This document shows, piece by piece, positions 51,436-61,192 of a stretch of 64,000 bases of DNA. The DNA is from Promethearchaeota archaeon (GTDB lineage: Archaea; Asgardarchaeota; Lokiarchaeia; Sigyniarchaeales; SOKP01): NCBI GenBank assembly GCA_048940645.1, contig JBHLOI010000003.1:1-64000 (forward strand), given 5' to 3'. How positions within the stretch are numbered: position 1 is the stretch's first letter; each line of letters begins with the position of its first letter. The position numbers and the translations under genes were made by a program. The notes under the pieces were generated by a model, which was not told the origin of the DNA, ran no database searches, and saw only the letters and a program-made list of their open reading frames with translations.

Positions 51436-53541
51436 TTACCATGGCCAGAAAAATCCTTTATTTTCCACAGAAAACTCGTACGCTGATGTTAGAATATGAT
51501 CTGCTCGATTGCTAATAATCATAACATGGAAGTTATTGTATGTTCTTTCAGTTGTCCCACTAAAACTTTGTGTAGCATAAGAAACATGATAATGGCTTTC
51601 CCAAAGGTACTCTATACCGTGGGCTCCACCTCCATATCGAACGGTTAGTACTGTCATCTCATAATCATTGTCCCACATGCCATTTGTAATATACCAACCA
51701 TCTGTTTCCCAATCACCTTCACCAGATTCTACATCATCAAAGAAGCCAATTTCAGGTATGGATATATCATCAACATACATGTTTTGTAATGTAAATGCTC
51801 CATCCTGCCACAGGCGGAAATGAAGTTCAATTTGATGTCCTGCAAATGGACTAAGATCCATACTTACCGGTATCCAACCTCCGCTAGCACCGGTAAATGC
51901 ATGCCACTTTCCAGCTGCTAAGTAATCCCTTGGTTCACGACCATCAGGCACATTTGGATTATCTTGACCATACGGATCCGTGTCGACTGTAATACCAGGC
52001 GCTTCTAAAGTAGTATATTCATCTGTATCATAATCATAAACCTCTACGTATCCATAGTCCCAGTTCTCTTCTATTTCATAGAATGTCATAAATTCTAGAG
52101 TAGCCCCCCCTGCAGGAATATCAAAGGTCTGGTGGAAACTACGCCAAGCCCATGCGTTGGCACCGGAATACCACTCATAACTTGGACTAGCCGGAAGCGT
52201 TCCTGAAAAGTCACTAGCATCAAAATAAATAGTCGCTAATCTATTAGTGAATCTAAAATACTGAGCTGTATAAGGTTGTGGATCAGTCCACCACCAGGAA
52301 CCTAATGCAAAATCTGCTTCAAAAATCGGTTCTCCCCAATATGCTGATAATGCAAATTCAATACTCCAACCCCTCGTAGCATCACTAGGTATATCTAGTG
52401 TGTTATACCCATACCAGCCATTCCCTTGAGAGGGATCATCAAGATAATTAGCAATGGTCCACCGATCAAAAATGGTATCAAAATGTATCAAATGACCTCT
52501 CTTGTATAAGGTCTTTTGAATACCCTCGATTCCATTTGCTTGTTCTTGGACCATATCCTTAACAAAATCAACACCAAATTGCTCATAAAGATAAAGAAGA
52601 AAGAGATAACTAGCACCATAATCTTGTAATCCACCACCCCAGAATGTAAGAGCAGTGAGCCAATGGAAAGCCATATAGTACATTAGATGGCTAGACATAG
52701 ATGATCCATAGCCACATAAATACATTGCTAAGTCAGACTGCCCTTCATCAACCCAAGAAGGCTCGTCAGGATCCTGATCAAAGGAAACTAGGTGTTGAAA
52801 TTCATGAGCAAAAACGCCTTCCATCAAATGATTTGTACCTGGGCCTAAACGATTTTCCCAGTCATATGTATCAATATGCATAATATTTTTATTGAACTCA
52901 GTACTTACAGCAGCAGAAAAGTATCCTACTGTATAAGAAGTTGCAGAATCATCGTAGTATGAGGCACTTCGTATATTAAAAATTAAAGCCCAGACTTTTT
53001 GGCCTTCATCTCCACGTGGGAGTGATTCTCCAAAAGTGTCGGTCACAGTAGGATAAATTGTATTATCAAATTCATCTAAAAGAAATTGTAATTGTGCTAA
53101 AGTAATATTATCCCAATAATGATCCCAGGTTCCATAAGGATTAGCATAATAGTAATATGTACCATCATAGCTATCATACGCATCCTTAGTAATTAAGATA
53201 AGGCAATGCGTACCCTCTAATAATACAATGAAATCTTCATCATATCTCGTTCCTAGGTAAGAATCACTTAGGGGGAACGTAAATTCATCACCCACATCTG
53301 CAGGTTCTCCAATTGGGCTCGCTTGAGTAGCTTCAGCTACACCTACTTCTGCAGCTTTCTTTCTAATAGCCATCTCTTCATATCCAAGGTCTTTAGGAGA
53401 AAGATCCGTTGGAGCACGGTAATCGAATGATAACGTGCTTTCGGTGGATGTTGTTGGAATAACAAGAAACATGAGGACTCCAGAAGAAACCCCTAAAACT
53501 AAAATGGAAATAAGAAGGATTGAATAGCTTTTATTTCTCAT
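51436..53541 (-). CDS. Secreted/membrane-anchored Zn metalloprotease, M30/M6-like, copy 3
   Basis: Close paralog of the two preceding copies. Confidence 0.85.
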   Translation of the reverse strand: MRNKSYSILLISILVLGVSSGVLMFLVIPTTSTESTLSFDYRAPTDLSPKDLGYEEMAIRKKAAEVGVAEATQASPIGEPADVGDEFTFPLSDSYLGTRYDEDFIVLLEGTHCLILITKDAYDSYDGTYYYYANPYGTWDHYWDNITLAQLQFLLDEFDNTIYPTVTDTFGESLPRGDEGQKVWALIFNIRSASYYDDSATSYTVGYFSAAVSTEFNKNIMHIDTYDWENRLGPGTNHLMEGVFAHEFQHLVSFDQDPDEPSWVDEGQSDLAMYLCGYGSSMSSHLMYYMAFHWLTALTFWGGGLQDYGASYLFLLYLYEQFGVDFVKDMVQEQANGIEGIQKTLYKRGHLIHFDTIFDRWTIANYLDDPSQGNGWYGYNTLDIPSDATRGWSIEFALSAYWGEPIFEADFALGSWWWTDPQPYTAQYFRFTNRLATIYFDASDFSGTLPASPSYEWYSGANAWAWRSFHQTFDIPAGGATLEFMTFYEIEENWDYGYVEVYDYDTDEYTTLEAPGITVDTDPYGQDNPNVPDGREPRDYLAAGKWHAFTGASGGWIPVSMDLSPFAGHQIELHFRLWQDGAFTLQNMYVDDISIPEIGFFDDVESGEGDWETDGWYITNGMWDNDYEMTVLTVRYGGGAHGIEYLWESHYHVSYATQSFSGTTERTYNNFHVMIISNRADHILTSAYEFSVENKGFFWPW

Positions 53542-53838
53542 TATTTAATACTCCAATTTGTTTTTTATTAATTAATTTCAACTTTTTTATTATTTTTGGT
53601 TTAGATTTCTTTACACACCGAAAAGTCTTTCGGTTTATTGCCACTTTAAAAACATTTTTAATATTTCCAAAAACCATCATCAGATGATTCAAGGGAACAT
53701 TTAATAATAAACTACATTCTAATATATAAAATTTACTGTTTCATCGAAGCAATAGGCAAAAAATGAACTTTATCGCATTATTATTAATACAAATTTGTTA
53801 TAAAATCCCATTTATATTTGAGATAACAAAAAGAAAAA
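53542..53838 (-). promoter_or_regulatory. Conserved promoter and leader of protease copy 3
   Basis: TTTATATA (53723-53730, minus), palindrome 53676-53688, hairpin 53617-53634. Confidence 0.6.
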
Positions 53839-54126
53839 AAACGTTTAACGCCATTAAATTAGAATCTCTTAATTTATTATTTTACAACTAATTAAAATTT
53901 TGTTATCACAAAACTTAAGCTTAAAATGAATTTCTATGTTTAAATAAATTACTATTTGTTGGTACGACAGTTTTATTTATTGGTAAAACTGTCTTCTAAT
54001 ACTAGAATATCGTAATTGATTACAAGCGAATTGAAGCAAAAATTTAAAAATATGAGGACTATCTTTAGGTAGACAATTTGTTTTTTCAAATTGGTTTCAA
54101 CTTTTTTATTAGATTCGGATTAGAGC

Positions 54127-54160
54127 TTAAAAAAAGTGGGCTTTTTTCCACTTTTTTTAA
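54127..54160. repeat. Perfect 13-bp inverted repeat with 8-nt spacer
   Basis: TTAAAAAAAGTGG-GCTTTTTT-CCACTTTTTTTAA. Confidence 0.8.
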
Positions 54161-54375
54161 CATTGATAGCTCTGTAGGTTAATATTCTATTTTTTTAAGC
54201 ATTTAAACGTATGTTAATTAGATTTAACATCTTTGTAATTAAAAATACAATTTATTAATCTCCAGCATTTATTATACTTTTATTGCATATTTTATATAAA
54301 AAATATTTTAAAGGTGCATTGATTCTTAAATTCCATATTAAAATCATTGCATTGAAATTAAAAACTGGTGAGAAA

Positions 54376-55848
54376 TTGGAAAAAACTTATGCACAAATTA
54401 ATGCAAAAATAAAAAATGGTGATGCTGTAGTAGTTACTGCTGAAGATATGATAAGGATTGTTGAGGAAAATGGACCAAAAATCGCAGCTGAAGAGATTGA
54501 TGTAGTTACCACAGGAACTTTTGGGCCTATGTGTTCCAGTGGTGCTTTTTTAAATTTTGGTCACTCAGATCCACCAATCAAGTTTGAGCATCTCTGGCTT
54601 AATGAAGTTCATGCCTATCATGGTAATGCTGCGGTTGATTGTTATATTGGAGTAACAAGAATGACGGATAAAAGACCATTTGAATATGGAGGGGGAGACG
54701 TTATTGAGGATCTTGTTTCTGGTAAAAAAATAAGATTGAGAGGAATCTCAAATACAACTGATTGTTATCCACTTGGAGAGATGGATACATATTTTACTAT
54801 TGATGATCTGAATCAAGCGATTTTATGTAATCCGAGAAATGCATATCAGCGGTATGTATGTGCAGTGAATAGCACAGATAAAACTCTTTACACTTACATG
54901 GGAAAATTATTACCCCATTTTGGAAATGCGCATTATGCAGGTGCTGGATGTTTAAACCCACTAAGTAATGATCCTAATTATGAAACCATAGGGATAGGGA
55001 CTAGAATATTTCTTGGAGGAGGCATAGGGTATGTGATAGGAGAAGGAACTCAGCATAATCCATTAAATGGATATGGTACTTTATTTGTGAAAGGTGATTT
55101 AAAACAAATGACTTCCGAGTATCTGAGAGGAGTTAATTTTGAAAAATATGGGACTTCTATGTTTGTAGGTTTGGGTATTCCAATCCCTATATTAAACGAA
55201 AATTTAGCTAAAAAAACAGCGATAAAAGACGAAGATATTCTCACTGATGTGGTCGATTATGGTATTCCAAGGAGGGATCGACCTGTTTTAAAAAAGATAA
55301 CTTATAAGGAACTTAAAAGTGGGTTAATAGAGTTAAATGGGAAGGAAGTAAAATGTTCCTCTCTTTCTTCGCTATATTATGCCCGAAAAATAGCTAATGA
55401 ATTAAAAAAGTGGATAGAAGAAGGTTTATTTTACTTAAATCCTCCCGCAGAAACTTTATCAAAAAATACAATATATAGATCGATGAAACAAACCTCAGAA
55501 CTAAAATTTGTCAAGGATTTAAAGAGAACTGCTATAATTTGTTATGATGATTGTAATCTAAAAATGGTTGCTCTGAAAATCATCAAAGAAAACATGAACC
55601 ACATTATTATTACGAATAGAGAAATGGTTTTAAAAGGTATAGTAACAAGTTTTGATGTAACAAAAGCAATTGCAGAAGATAAAACAGATATTAACGAAAT
55701 TATAACAAAGAAGGTTATAATTACAACTGATAATGAACCTATTGAAGTTGCTGCAAGAAAAATGAAAATTAATGATATATCAGCTTTACCTGTAATTGAT
55801 GAAAATATGAAAGTAATTGGAATACTAACTTCAGAAGAGTTGATGTAA
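54376..55848 (+). CDS. Homocysteine biosynthesis protein (DUF39 + CBS; L-aspartate semialdehyde sulfurtransferase, MA1821/MJ0100-like)
   Basis: IN.KIK.GDAVVVTAE, DVVTTGTFGPMCSSGAF.NFGH, TDCYP, NPRNAYQ, C-terminal CBS pair; start moved to in-frame TTG 54376 after a GGTGA SD-like motif. Confidence 0.92.
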   Translation: MEKTYAQINAKIKNGDAVVVTAEDMIRIVEENGPKIAAEEIDVVTTGTFGPMCSSGAFLNFGHSDPPIKFEHLWLNEVHAYHGNAAVDCYIGVTRMTDKRPFEYGGGDVIEDLVSGKKIRLRGISNTTDCYPLGEMDTYFTIDDLNQAILCNPRNAYQRYVCAVNSTDKTLYTYMGKLLPHFGNAHYAGAGCLNPLSNDPNYETIGIGTRIFLGGGIGYVIGEGTQHNPLNGYGTLFVKGDLKQMTSEYLRGVNFEKYGTSMFVGLGIPIPILNENLAKKTAIKDEDILTDVVDYGIPRRDRPVLKKITYKELKSGLIELNGKEVKCSSLSSLYYARKIANELKKWIEEGLFYLNPPAETLSKNTIYRSMKQTSELKFVKDLKRTAIICYDDCNLKMVALKIIKENMNHIIITNREMVLKGIVTSFDVTKAIAEDKTDINEIITKKVIITTDNEPIEVAARKMKINDISALPVIDENMKVIGILTSEELM

Positions 55849-56244
55849 TTGACAATTATAAATTGTACTTTACCCTTTGGGATCATAAAAGATATTGATG
55901 ATTATTCAAAAATCATTAATGAAATTCTGCGATATGACATTACTTTTAACATTCTCAAATTTTCAACCATATCCACAGGCGTTAATATTCTATTAGATGT
56001 ACCAGAGGATAAAATCCAAAAGATTGCAGAATCATTGAGAAAGAATAATGTTATTGTAAACAAAAAAGGAAGAATCATTATTAATGACGATAAATGCATT
56101 GATTGTGGTGCATGCATTTCTTTATGTCCAACAGAAGCACTGTTTTTAAATAAATATGCTAGATTAGAATTTTCTTATAATAAGTGCATTGGCTGTCTAT
56201 TATGTTTGGATTCATGTCCACGGCATGCAATTGAAGAAATGTAA
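55849..56244 (+). CDS. NIL domain + 2x[4Fe-4S] ferredoxin (MA1822/MJ0099-like partner)
   Basis: CIDCGACISLCP and CIGCLLCLDSCP; abuts the DUF39-CBS gene. Confidence 0.88.
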   Translation: MTIINCTLPFGIIKDIDDYSKIINEILRYDITFNILKFSTISTGVNILLDVPEDKIQKIAESLRKNNVIVNKKGRIIINDDKCIDCGACISLCPTEALFLNKYARLEFSYNKCIGCLLCLDSCPRHAIEEM

Positions 56245-56287
56245 ATTCTTGATTTAAATATTAAAAAATATTTTCTTTTTAAGAATA

Positions 56288-57301
56288 TTAATGTTGAGTT
56301 ATTATTTCAAATATTTCTTCTATACGAGGAGTTTTCCTTTTTAAGGTAATGCAGCGTTCTTCTTCACAACCTCGTAATAATGCCACCAATTCATTCAGAT
56401 GGATTGTGGGAATATCTAACTTTTCATGGAACCACTTATTCATCTTTTCTCTATATTCCGGTTTGTTCAAAGTATATAAACAAGTAGGACAAGGTGTTAT
56501 AATAAAATCTGCTCCAACATTTTGAGCACTCTTTAGTTTATTAGCCGTTATTTTTAGTGCTTCTCGAGGATTTATTAAGAGTTGTGAGGCGCCCCAACCA
56601 CAACAGCTCTCCCTCTCTTGATAATCAACAGGCTTTCCACCAAATAAAGTGATGAGGTCTTCTAATTTAGTCTTATCTCTAAAATAATGATTAATATTAC
56701 GTTTATCCCTTGATAAATTTAAATAATGGCATCCATAGTGGATTGCAACTTTAAAATCACTTAAATCGAATTTAAATGAATTTATTAAATCATTTCTGAT
56801 CAGGTATAAAAAATCTAAATCATGGATAAACCGTACTTTTGGATTTTCTAAAATATCATACATTTCAGGATATATCTCACTTTTAATATTTTTCTTTAAC
56901 TGATCTAGAATTTCTTGTGTTTTTTTCTTTACTTGAGGTATTTTTAAAAACTCTCTTCCTCTTAAAAGAGAATTATAACACCCATTGCAAGAAAATAATA
57001 AAATATCTGCTTGCTGATTAATTTCATTTAAATTTCTTTCATTTATAGCAGCAAATTGAGCTCTTGTTATTAAATTTCTTTGAAAAAAGGTTCCAGTGCA
57101 ACATGATTGATTCTTACATGTAGATACTTCGAGTTGAAGACTCTCAAGTAGATCCTGAATTCCCCATCTCACTCCAGGGAAATACTTTTCTAAACACGCT
57201 TTAAATAAACATAATTTCTTATCTTTAAAGAATTCTAAAGGATTCTCTTGAAAATTTCTTTCAACTTCCTCAATATTAAGAGCTAAATCGTAGGCTTCCA
57301 T
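56288..57301 (-). CDS. hdrB: Heterodisulfide reductase subunit B-like (CCG domains)
   Basis: SCCTG, CNGC, HYGCH, SCCG.G, TPCPTC. Confidence 0.85.
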   Translation of the reverse strand: MEAYDLALNIEEVERNFQENPLEFFKDKKLCLFKACLEKYFPGVRWGIQDLLESLQLEVSTCKNQSCCTGTFFQRNLITRAQFAAINERNLNEINQQADILLFSCNGCYNSLLRGREFLKIPQVKKKTQEILDQLKKNIKSEIYPEMYDILENPKVRFIHDLDFLYLIRNDLINSFKFDLSDFKVAIHYGCHYLNLSRDKRNINHYFRDKTKLEDLITLFGGKPVDYQERESCCGWGASQLLINPREALKITANKLKSAQNVGADFIITPCPTCLYTLNKPEYREKMNKWFHEKLDIPTIHLNELVALLRGCEEERCITLKRKTPRIEEIFEIITQH

Positions 57302-57318
57302 AACTTATACACTTACAA

Positions 57319-57828
57319 TTATTTCTTCTTTTTTTTGTTTTTGCTTGCCTTAAAAACATATTTTATTCGTGCAAAATTACAAATCTCGTTTAATTCATCA
57401 ATCCTCTGTTGAGGTAATTTTTCACCCAGAGGTTCTTCCAAGACAACTCCTGTTGTTAGGAATCTCTCTGCCATTTCTACGTATTTTCTTAGATCATTAT
57501 ATTTTGGTCCGAATCCTTTTTTAAATGACTCATTTCTGAGATTAATAATTAACATTGGAATATTTATATTTTCCCTCGGACACACCCGTTTACATCTTTC
57601 ACATAAATAGCAATACCAAATATCAGAATCTTTTAAAACAGATTTATCTCCCCGTAAAACCTTACTAATAATTTTTCTAATATTGAAATCAGATACTTTT
57701 GCTGCAGGACAATCTCCCACACATTTTCCACAGCTAATACATTGAATGATATTTTTGTTTTCGTCTACATCTTCTACGAGTTCTTCATAAAATTCCCAAT
57801 TCCACTCTGAATCTGAATATTCATCCAT
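57319..57828 (-). CDS. hdrC: Heterodisulfide reductase subunit C-like
   Basis: CISCGKCVGDCP and IWYCYLCERCKRVCPR; upstream of hdrB. Confidence 0.85.
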   Translation of the reverse strand: MDEYSDSEWNWEFYEELVEDVDENKNIIQCISCGKCVGDCPAAKVSDFNIRKIISKVLRGDKSVLKDSDIWYCYLCERCKRVCPRENINIPMLIINLRNESFKKGFGPKYNDLRKYVEMAERFLTTGVVLEEPLGEKLPQQRIDELNEICNFARIKYVFKASKNKKKKK

Positions 57829-58108
57829 GATGTGATTTTTTATATTTTTAATATTATAAATTCTAAGAGAAAATCATAATTCATAATAAAAAAATTATTG
57901 TATTAAGAAAAGTAATTTAATTTGTATATATATTTTAATTTCAAAAACTGGTTAATCAAATTATTAGTTAAGATAATTTAATTTCTGAAAATTGACAAAG
58001 AAGAAAATATTTATTATTTAGGAAATTTTTTTGAAAAATATCACTATAAAAAATTCCAAGTAATCACCCAAAATTAAAGCAACCTTACTATTAACTGGAG
58101 TATTACTA

Positions 58109-58801
58109 ATGGTTCTTTATAAAGATGGAAAAGTATATTTAAAGCTGGTATATTGGGGAATGGCAGGATCAGGTAAAACTACCATCCTTCAAACCCTTTA
58201 CAAATTAACAAAAGAAACAAAGAAGGATATTGTTCCAATTGGAAACTTACAAATAATAGCGAGGGAAAGTGGGGCGACTTTATATTTTGATAGAGGGTTA
58301 TTTCAATCAACGAAACAAAAACAGGTCTACTATAGGGTATTTACGGTTGCGGGACAAACAAGTTTTTCACCTCTTAGAATAAAACTGTTTGATAAGCCAG
58401 AAGATAAAACTGATGCTGTTATATATGTAATTGACTCTCAAACTAAATTTCTTGAAGATAACATTGAATCACTTCGAGAATTAAAAAGTGTTGCAAATGA
58501 TAAACTTATTAAAGAAATCCCTTTTATTGTAATGCTTAATAAACAGGATCTCAAAGAAATTATTGATAAAGACAATTTTATTCAAATATTAAAAAATGAA
58601 AAACTTTGGTATGACCCTGGGAATAGTTTAAATAGATGGAATCCTATAATTTATGAGACTTGTGCTTTATATGACCAAGAAAAAGATATTTATCGCAGCT
58701 TTCATGAATGTGCTAGAAGGACTGCATTATATCAAATTTATGGAGATGGAAAGGCACCCGTGGATGAAAAAATATCTGATACGTCCATATTGACAATTTA
58801 A
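58109..58801 (+). CDS. MglA/Arf-like small GTPase
   Basis: KLVYWGMAGSGKTT, TLYFD, TVAGQ, VIDSQ, NKQD, TCA. Confidence 0.85.
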   Translation: MVLYKDGKVYLKLVYWGMAGSGKTTILQTLYKLTKETKKDIVPIGNLQIIARESGATLYFDRGLFQSTKQKQVYYRVFTVAGQTSFSPLRIKLFDKPEDKTDAVIYVIDSQTKFLEDNIESLRELKSVANDKLIKEIPFIVMLNKQDLKEIIDKDNFIQILKNEKLWYDPGNSLNRWNPIIYETCALYDQEKDIYRSFHECARRTALYQIYGDGKAPVDEKISDTSILTI

Positions 58802-58832
58802 ATTATAAATTTGATAAAATAAAAATATTTAT

Positions 58833-59597
58833 TTATTTTTCCTTAATAAAAATAGCATGCATCCATCTTGGCAGCAAAAATCCCCCATAGAACTCTATAG
58901 CGCTAATTATTAATAAAACTCTTACAATTACTACCATTATTGCTAATAAAGGATCAGTTGGATCCTCAAAAATAGTACCTAGTAAGGAGTCAAATACAGC
59001 TGCTATTGTAAACGTAACAAATGCAGCTCGTAATAATTTTCCTTTCACTCGCACTTCTTTATCTACAGATTTTACTGATTTTTGGGAAAAAATAATTCCA
59101 GTTACAAACATTACAAGGATAACGATCACTAAATAAATAAGGATGAAATCTCCAAAATTTACTGTGAATGGTCGTGAAAGAATAAAAACGCCGATAGCAT
59201 TAATATCTGTAAAGAAAAGATAAAAAAACATAACTTCAAAAGCGATGCTCAAAATAATAGTTAAAGTAATAATAACTTTCTGTTTTTTTTTGCCAATCAT
59301 ATCTGTGAAAGCTGTTAACCAACTCAAAAGTGCAATAGGGATAAAACAATTCCCGATAATAAAATACCATTCTCTTGGCAAAAATACCTGAGAAATTAAA
59401 TACATTATAAAACTAATGGAATCTGGGAACCAAGGGTTAGCTACACCTATCCAAGAGATTCCTACAAGGATATAAAGCCTTGATTTATATTTGAAATATT
59501 TTGAGAGAATGGTAAATCCAATTATAAGTGAAATCAGCACAAAAACTAAACTGAAACTTCCTTGTAAATAATCAACTACCTGCAAATTTTTCACCAA
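58833..59597 (-). CDS. Hypothetical polytopic (about 7 TM) membrane protein
   Basis: 254 aa with seven hydrophobic segments, C-terminal GFLLPRW. Confidence 0.75.
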   Translation of the reverse strand: MVKNLQVVDYLQGSFSLVFVLISLIIGFTILSKYFKYKSRLYILVGISWIGVANPWFPDSISFIMYLISQVFLPREWYFIIGNCFIPIALLSWLTAFTDMIGKKKQKVIITLTIILSIAFEVMFFYLFFTDINAIGVFILSRPFTVNFGDFILIYLVIVILVMFVTGIIFSQKSVKSVDKEVRVKGKLLRAAFVTFTIAAVFDSLLGTIFEDPTDPLLAIMVVIVRVLLIISAIEFYGGFLLPRWMHAIFIKEK

Positions 59598-59721
59598 TTT
59601 TTAAACTTCAATAAGAAAGTTAAATTTGAATAAATAGTAATTAAATCAATAAATATATATTTCTTTTGGATTTATTCTTGATTTAGCAAAATTCAAAAAA
59701 TTATTGAAAAAATAATTAAAG

Positions 59722-60795
59722 TTAGATTACTGAATAATTAAAGAGGATTGGTTGGTCTTTTAAGTCATTTAATAACAATTCTGTATGAAATAAATATTGA
59801 TTTAAAGAGATTTCTTGATTTTTATATCTTCTAATTAGTGTTTTAATTATGTAGAATGGAGAAAACTTCAAGAATCGAATATCAGAAAATAAATAGACCA
59901 TACCTTTTGCTTCAAATATAATTTTTTTATCCATCAGCTCATCAAATAGATCCTGTCGATTATTTAATAAACTTAAACAATCATTTACAGAAAGATTTGT
60001 ATTTCTCAAATTTTTTATTAAAAGATATACATCTTTATCAACTAGAAAATTGATTATTGCCTTATTCTCTAACTCTTGGCTACAATTATACTTTGAATAG
60101 AACTTAATAAATTCTTTTTTATATTTTTTTAGGACACGCTCTTCTATATTTTCCTCATCCGGAATCCTTTTGGGAGGGACTCTTGCGCATGTAAAATCCT
60201 TGATTAAAAAATAACATTCTTTACTACCTGGAATACTCCTCTTTAAAATTAAATTTTCTCGAAGAAATGATATTAAAAGTAAATCAATATTTACTGTAGA
60301 AAATCCATATTCTTGTCTTAATAAGTTCGTTAATTCTGTTTTGGAAATTACTCCATTTCTTAATATTTGTAAAATTGTGAATTTAATTTTATCTTGGAAA
60401 AAATTTATCAAATCTTCACTTTCCAATTTGTTATAATTCTTTATTGTGTTAAATGCCTCAGAAATAGCTCTAGTCATTTTATTGGTGTTCATTAACTCAA
60501 TCAGATTTTTACCAATAATAGCTAAAATATCAGGAGATATAAGATTCTGTTTCTCTATTTTACCACTCAAAACAAGAACTAAAAAATAGATTTCACTTTC
60601 GAATTCTTGCAATATAGAAATGAAATAATTATTCTGATCTTCTATTTCTATCAAAGAATTTTCTTTATCTAGTTCATGTTGAGCCCAAATTTTTAAAAAT
60701 AAATCTTTTTTTGGGAATTCTTTTTCTGGGGGATATTGGATTAACGGCTCGGGTCCAGTGCTTTTATTCCAATGAACAATGATTAATCTTTCCAT
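59722..60795 (-). CDS. Hypothetical protein with longin/uDENN-like N-terminal domain
   Basis: IIVHWNKSTGPEPLIQYP resembles the (F/W)DxxxGP....YP longin/uDENN start; possible winged-helix segment downstream. Confidence 0.55.
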   Translation of the reverse strand: MERLIIVHWNKSTGPEPLIQYPPEKEFPKKDLFLKIWAQHELDKENSLIEIEDQNNYFISILQEFESEIYFLVLVLSGKIEKQNLISPDILAIIGKNLIELMNTNKMTRAISEAFNTIKNYNKLESEDLINFFQDKIKFTILQILRNGVISKTELTNLLRQEYGFSTVNIDLLLISFLRENLILKRSIPGSKECYFLIKDFTCARVPPKRIPDEENIEERVLKKYKKEFIKFYSKYNCSQELENKAIINFLVDKDVYLLIKNLRNTNLSVNDCLSLLNNRQDLFDELMDKKIIFEAKGMVYLFSDIRFLKFSPFYIIKTLIRRYKNQEISLNQYLFHTELLLNDLKDQPILFNYSVI

Positions 60796-60940
60796 AATTC
60801 CAATGTTTAAATATCTAAAATTAAGACCTATTGACCAATTTATAGAGAAATAATAATTTATCCAATATATTATTAAAAGTAGATTATATAATTAAGGCTA
60901 TTGTTTAGCTTGAATTGAAAGTAAAGAAGATTTTTTGAAT

Positions 60941-61192
60941 TTAAAAAAATTTAGGAAAATTATACTCAATATTTTCTAATGCTTCAATAAGAAGATCATT
61001 TATTCTATTATCATCTGAAAAATCTATTTTATTAAATACATTTTCAATCATTTGGTTTGCAAGTTGTTTATCTTTTTCTGTGGGATGATTTTTCCTAGAA
61101 TTAAATAAAAATTCAAATTCTTCTTTTAACCATTCTAATTCCTCAATTAGAGAATCTTCCAAAAGATCATCATAATCCCCGCAGTAAAACAA
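60941..61192 (-). CDS. Small acidic hypothetical protein
   Basis: 83 aa ORF with TTG start preceded by a GGGGT SD-like motif. Confidence 0.6.
   Translation of the reverse strand: MFYCGDYDDLLEDSLIEELEWLKEEFEFLFNSRKNHPTEKDKQLANQMIENVFNKIDFSDDNRINDLLIEALENIEYNFPKFF

Noticed and set aside
45004-53541. Diversity-generating retroelement acting on the repeated protease genes
   Set aside because: No reverse transcriptase in the window, the repeats are whole genes, and differences include many synonymous and non-adenine changes.
53590-53645. c-di-GMP-like riboswitch in the protease leader (GGCAA..CCGAAAG..CUAAACC words)
   Set aside because: Only scattered word matches; the two-stem architecture cannot be built and the words vary between copies.
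53534-53683. Upstream ORF (MMVFGNIKNVFKVAINRKTFRC...) in the leader of protease copy 3, and the + strand ORF 50931-51134
   Set aside because: The frame is broken by an early stop and indels in the homologous leaders of the other copies, so the conservation is not protein-coding.
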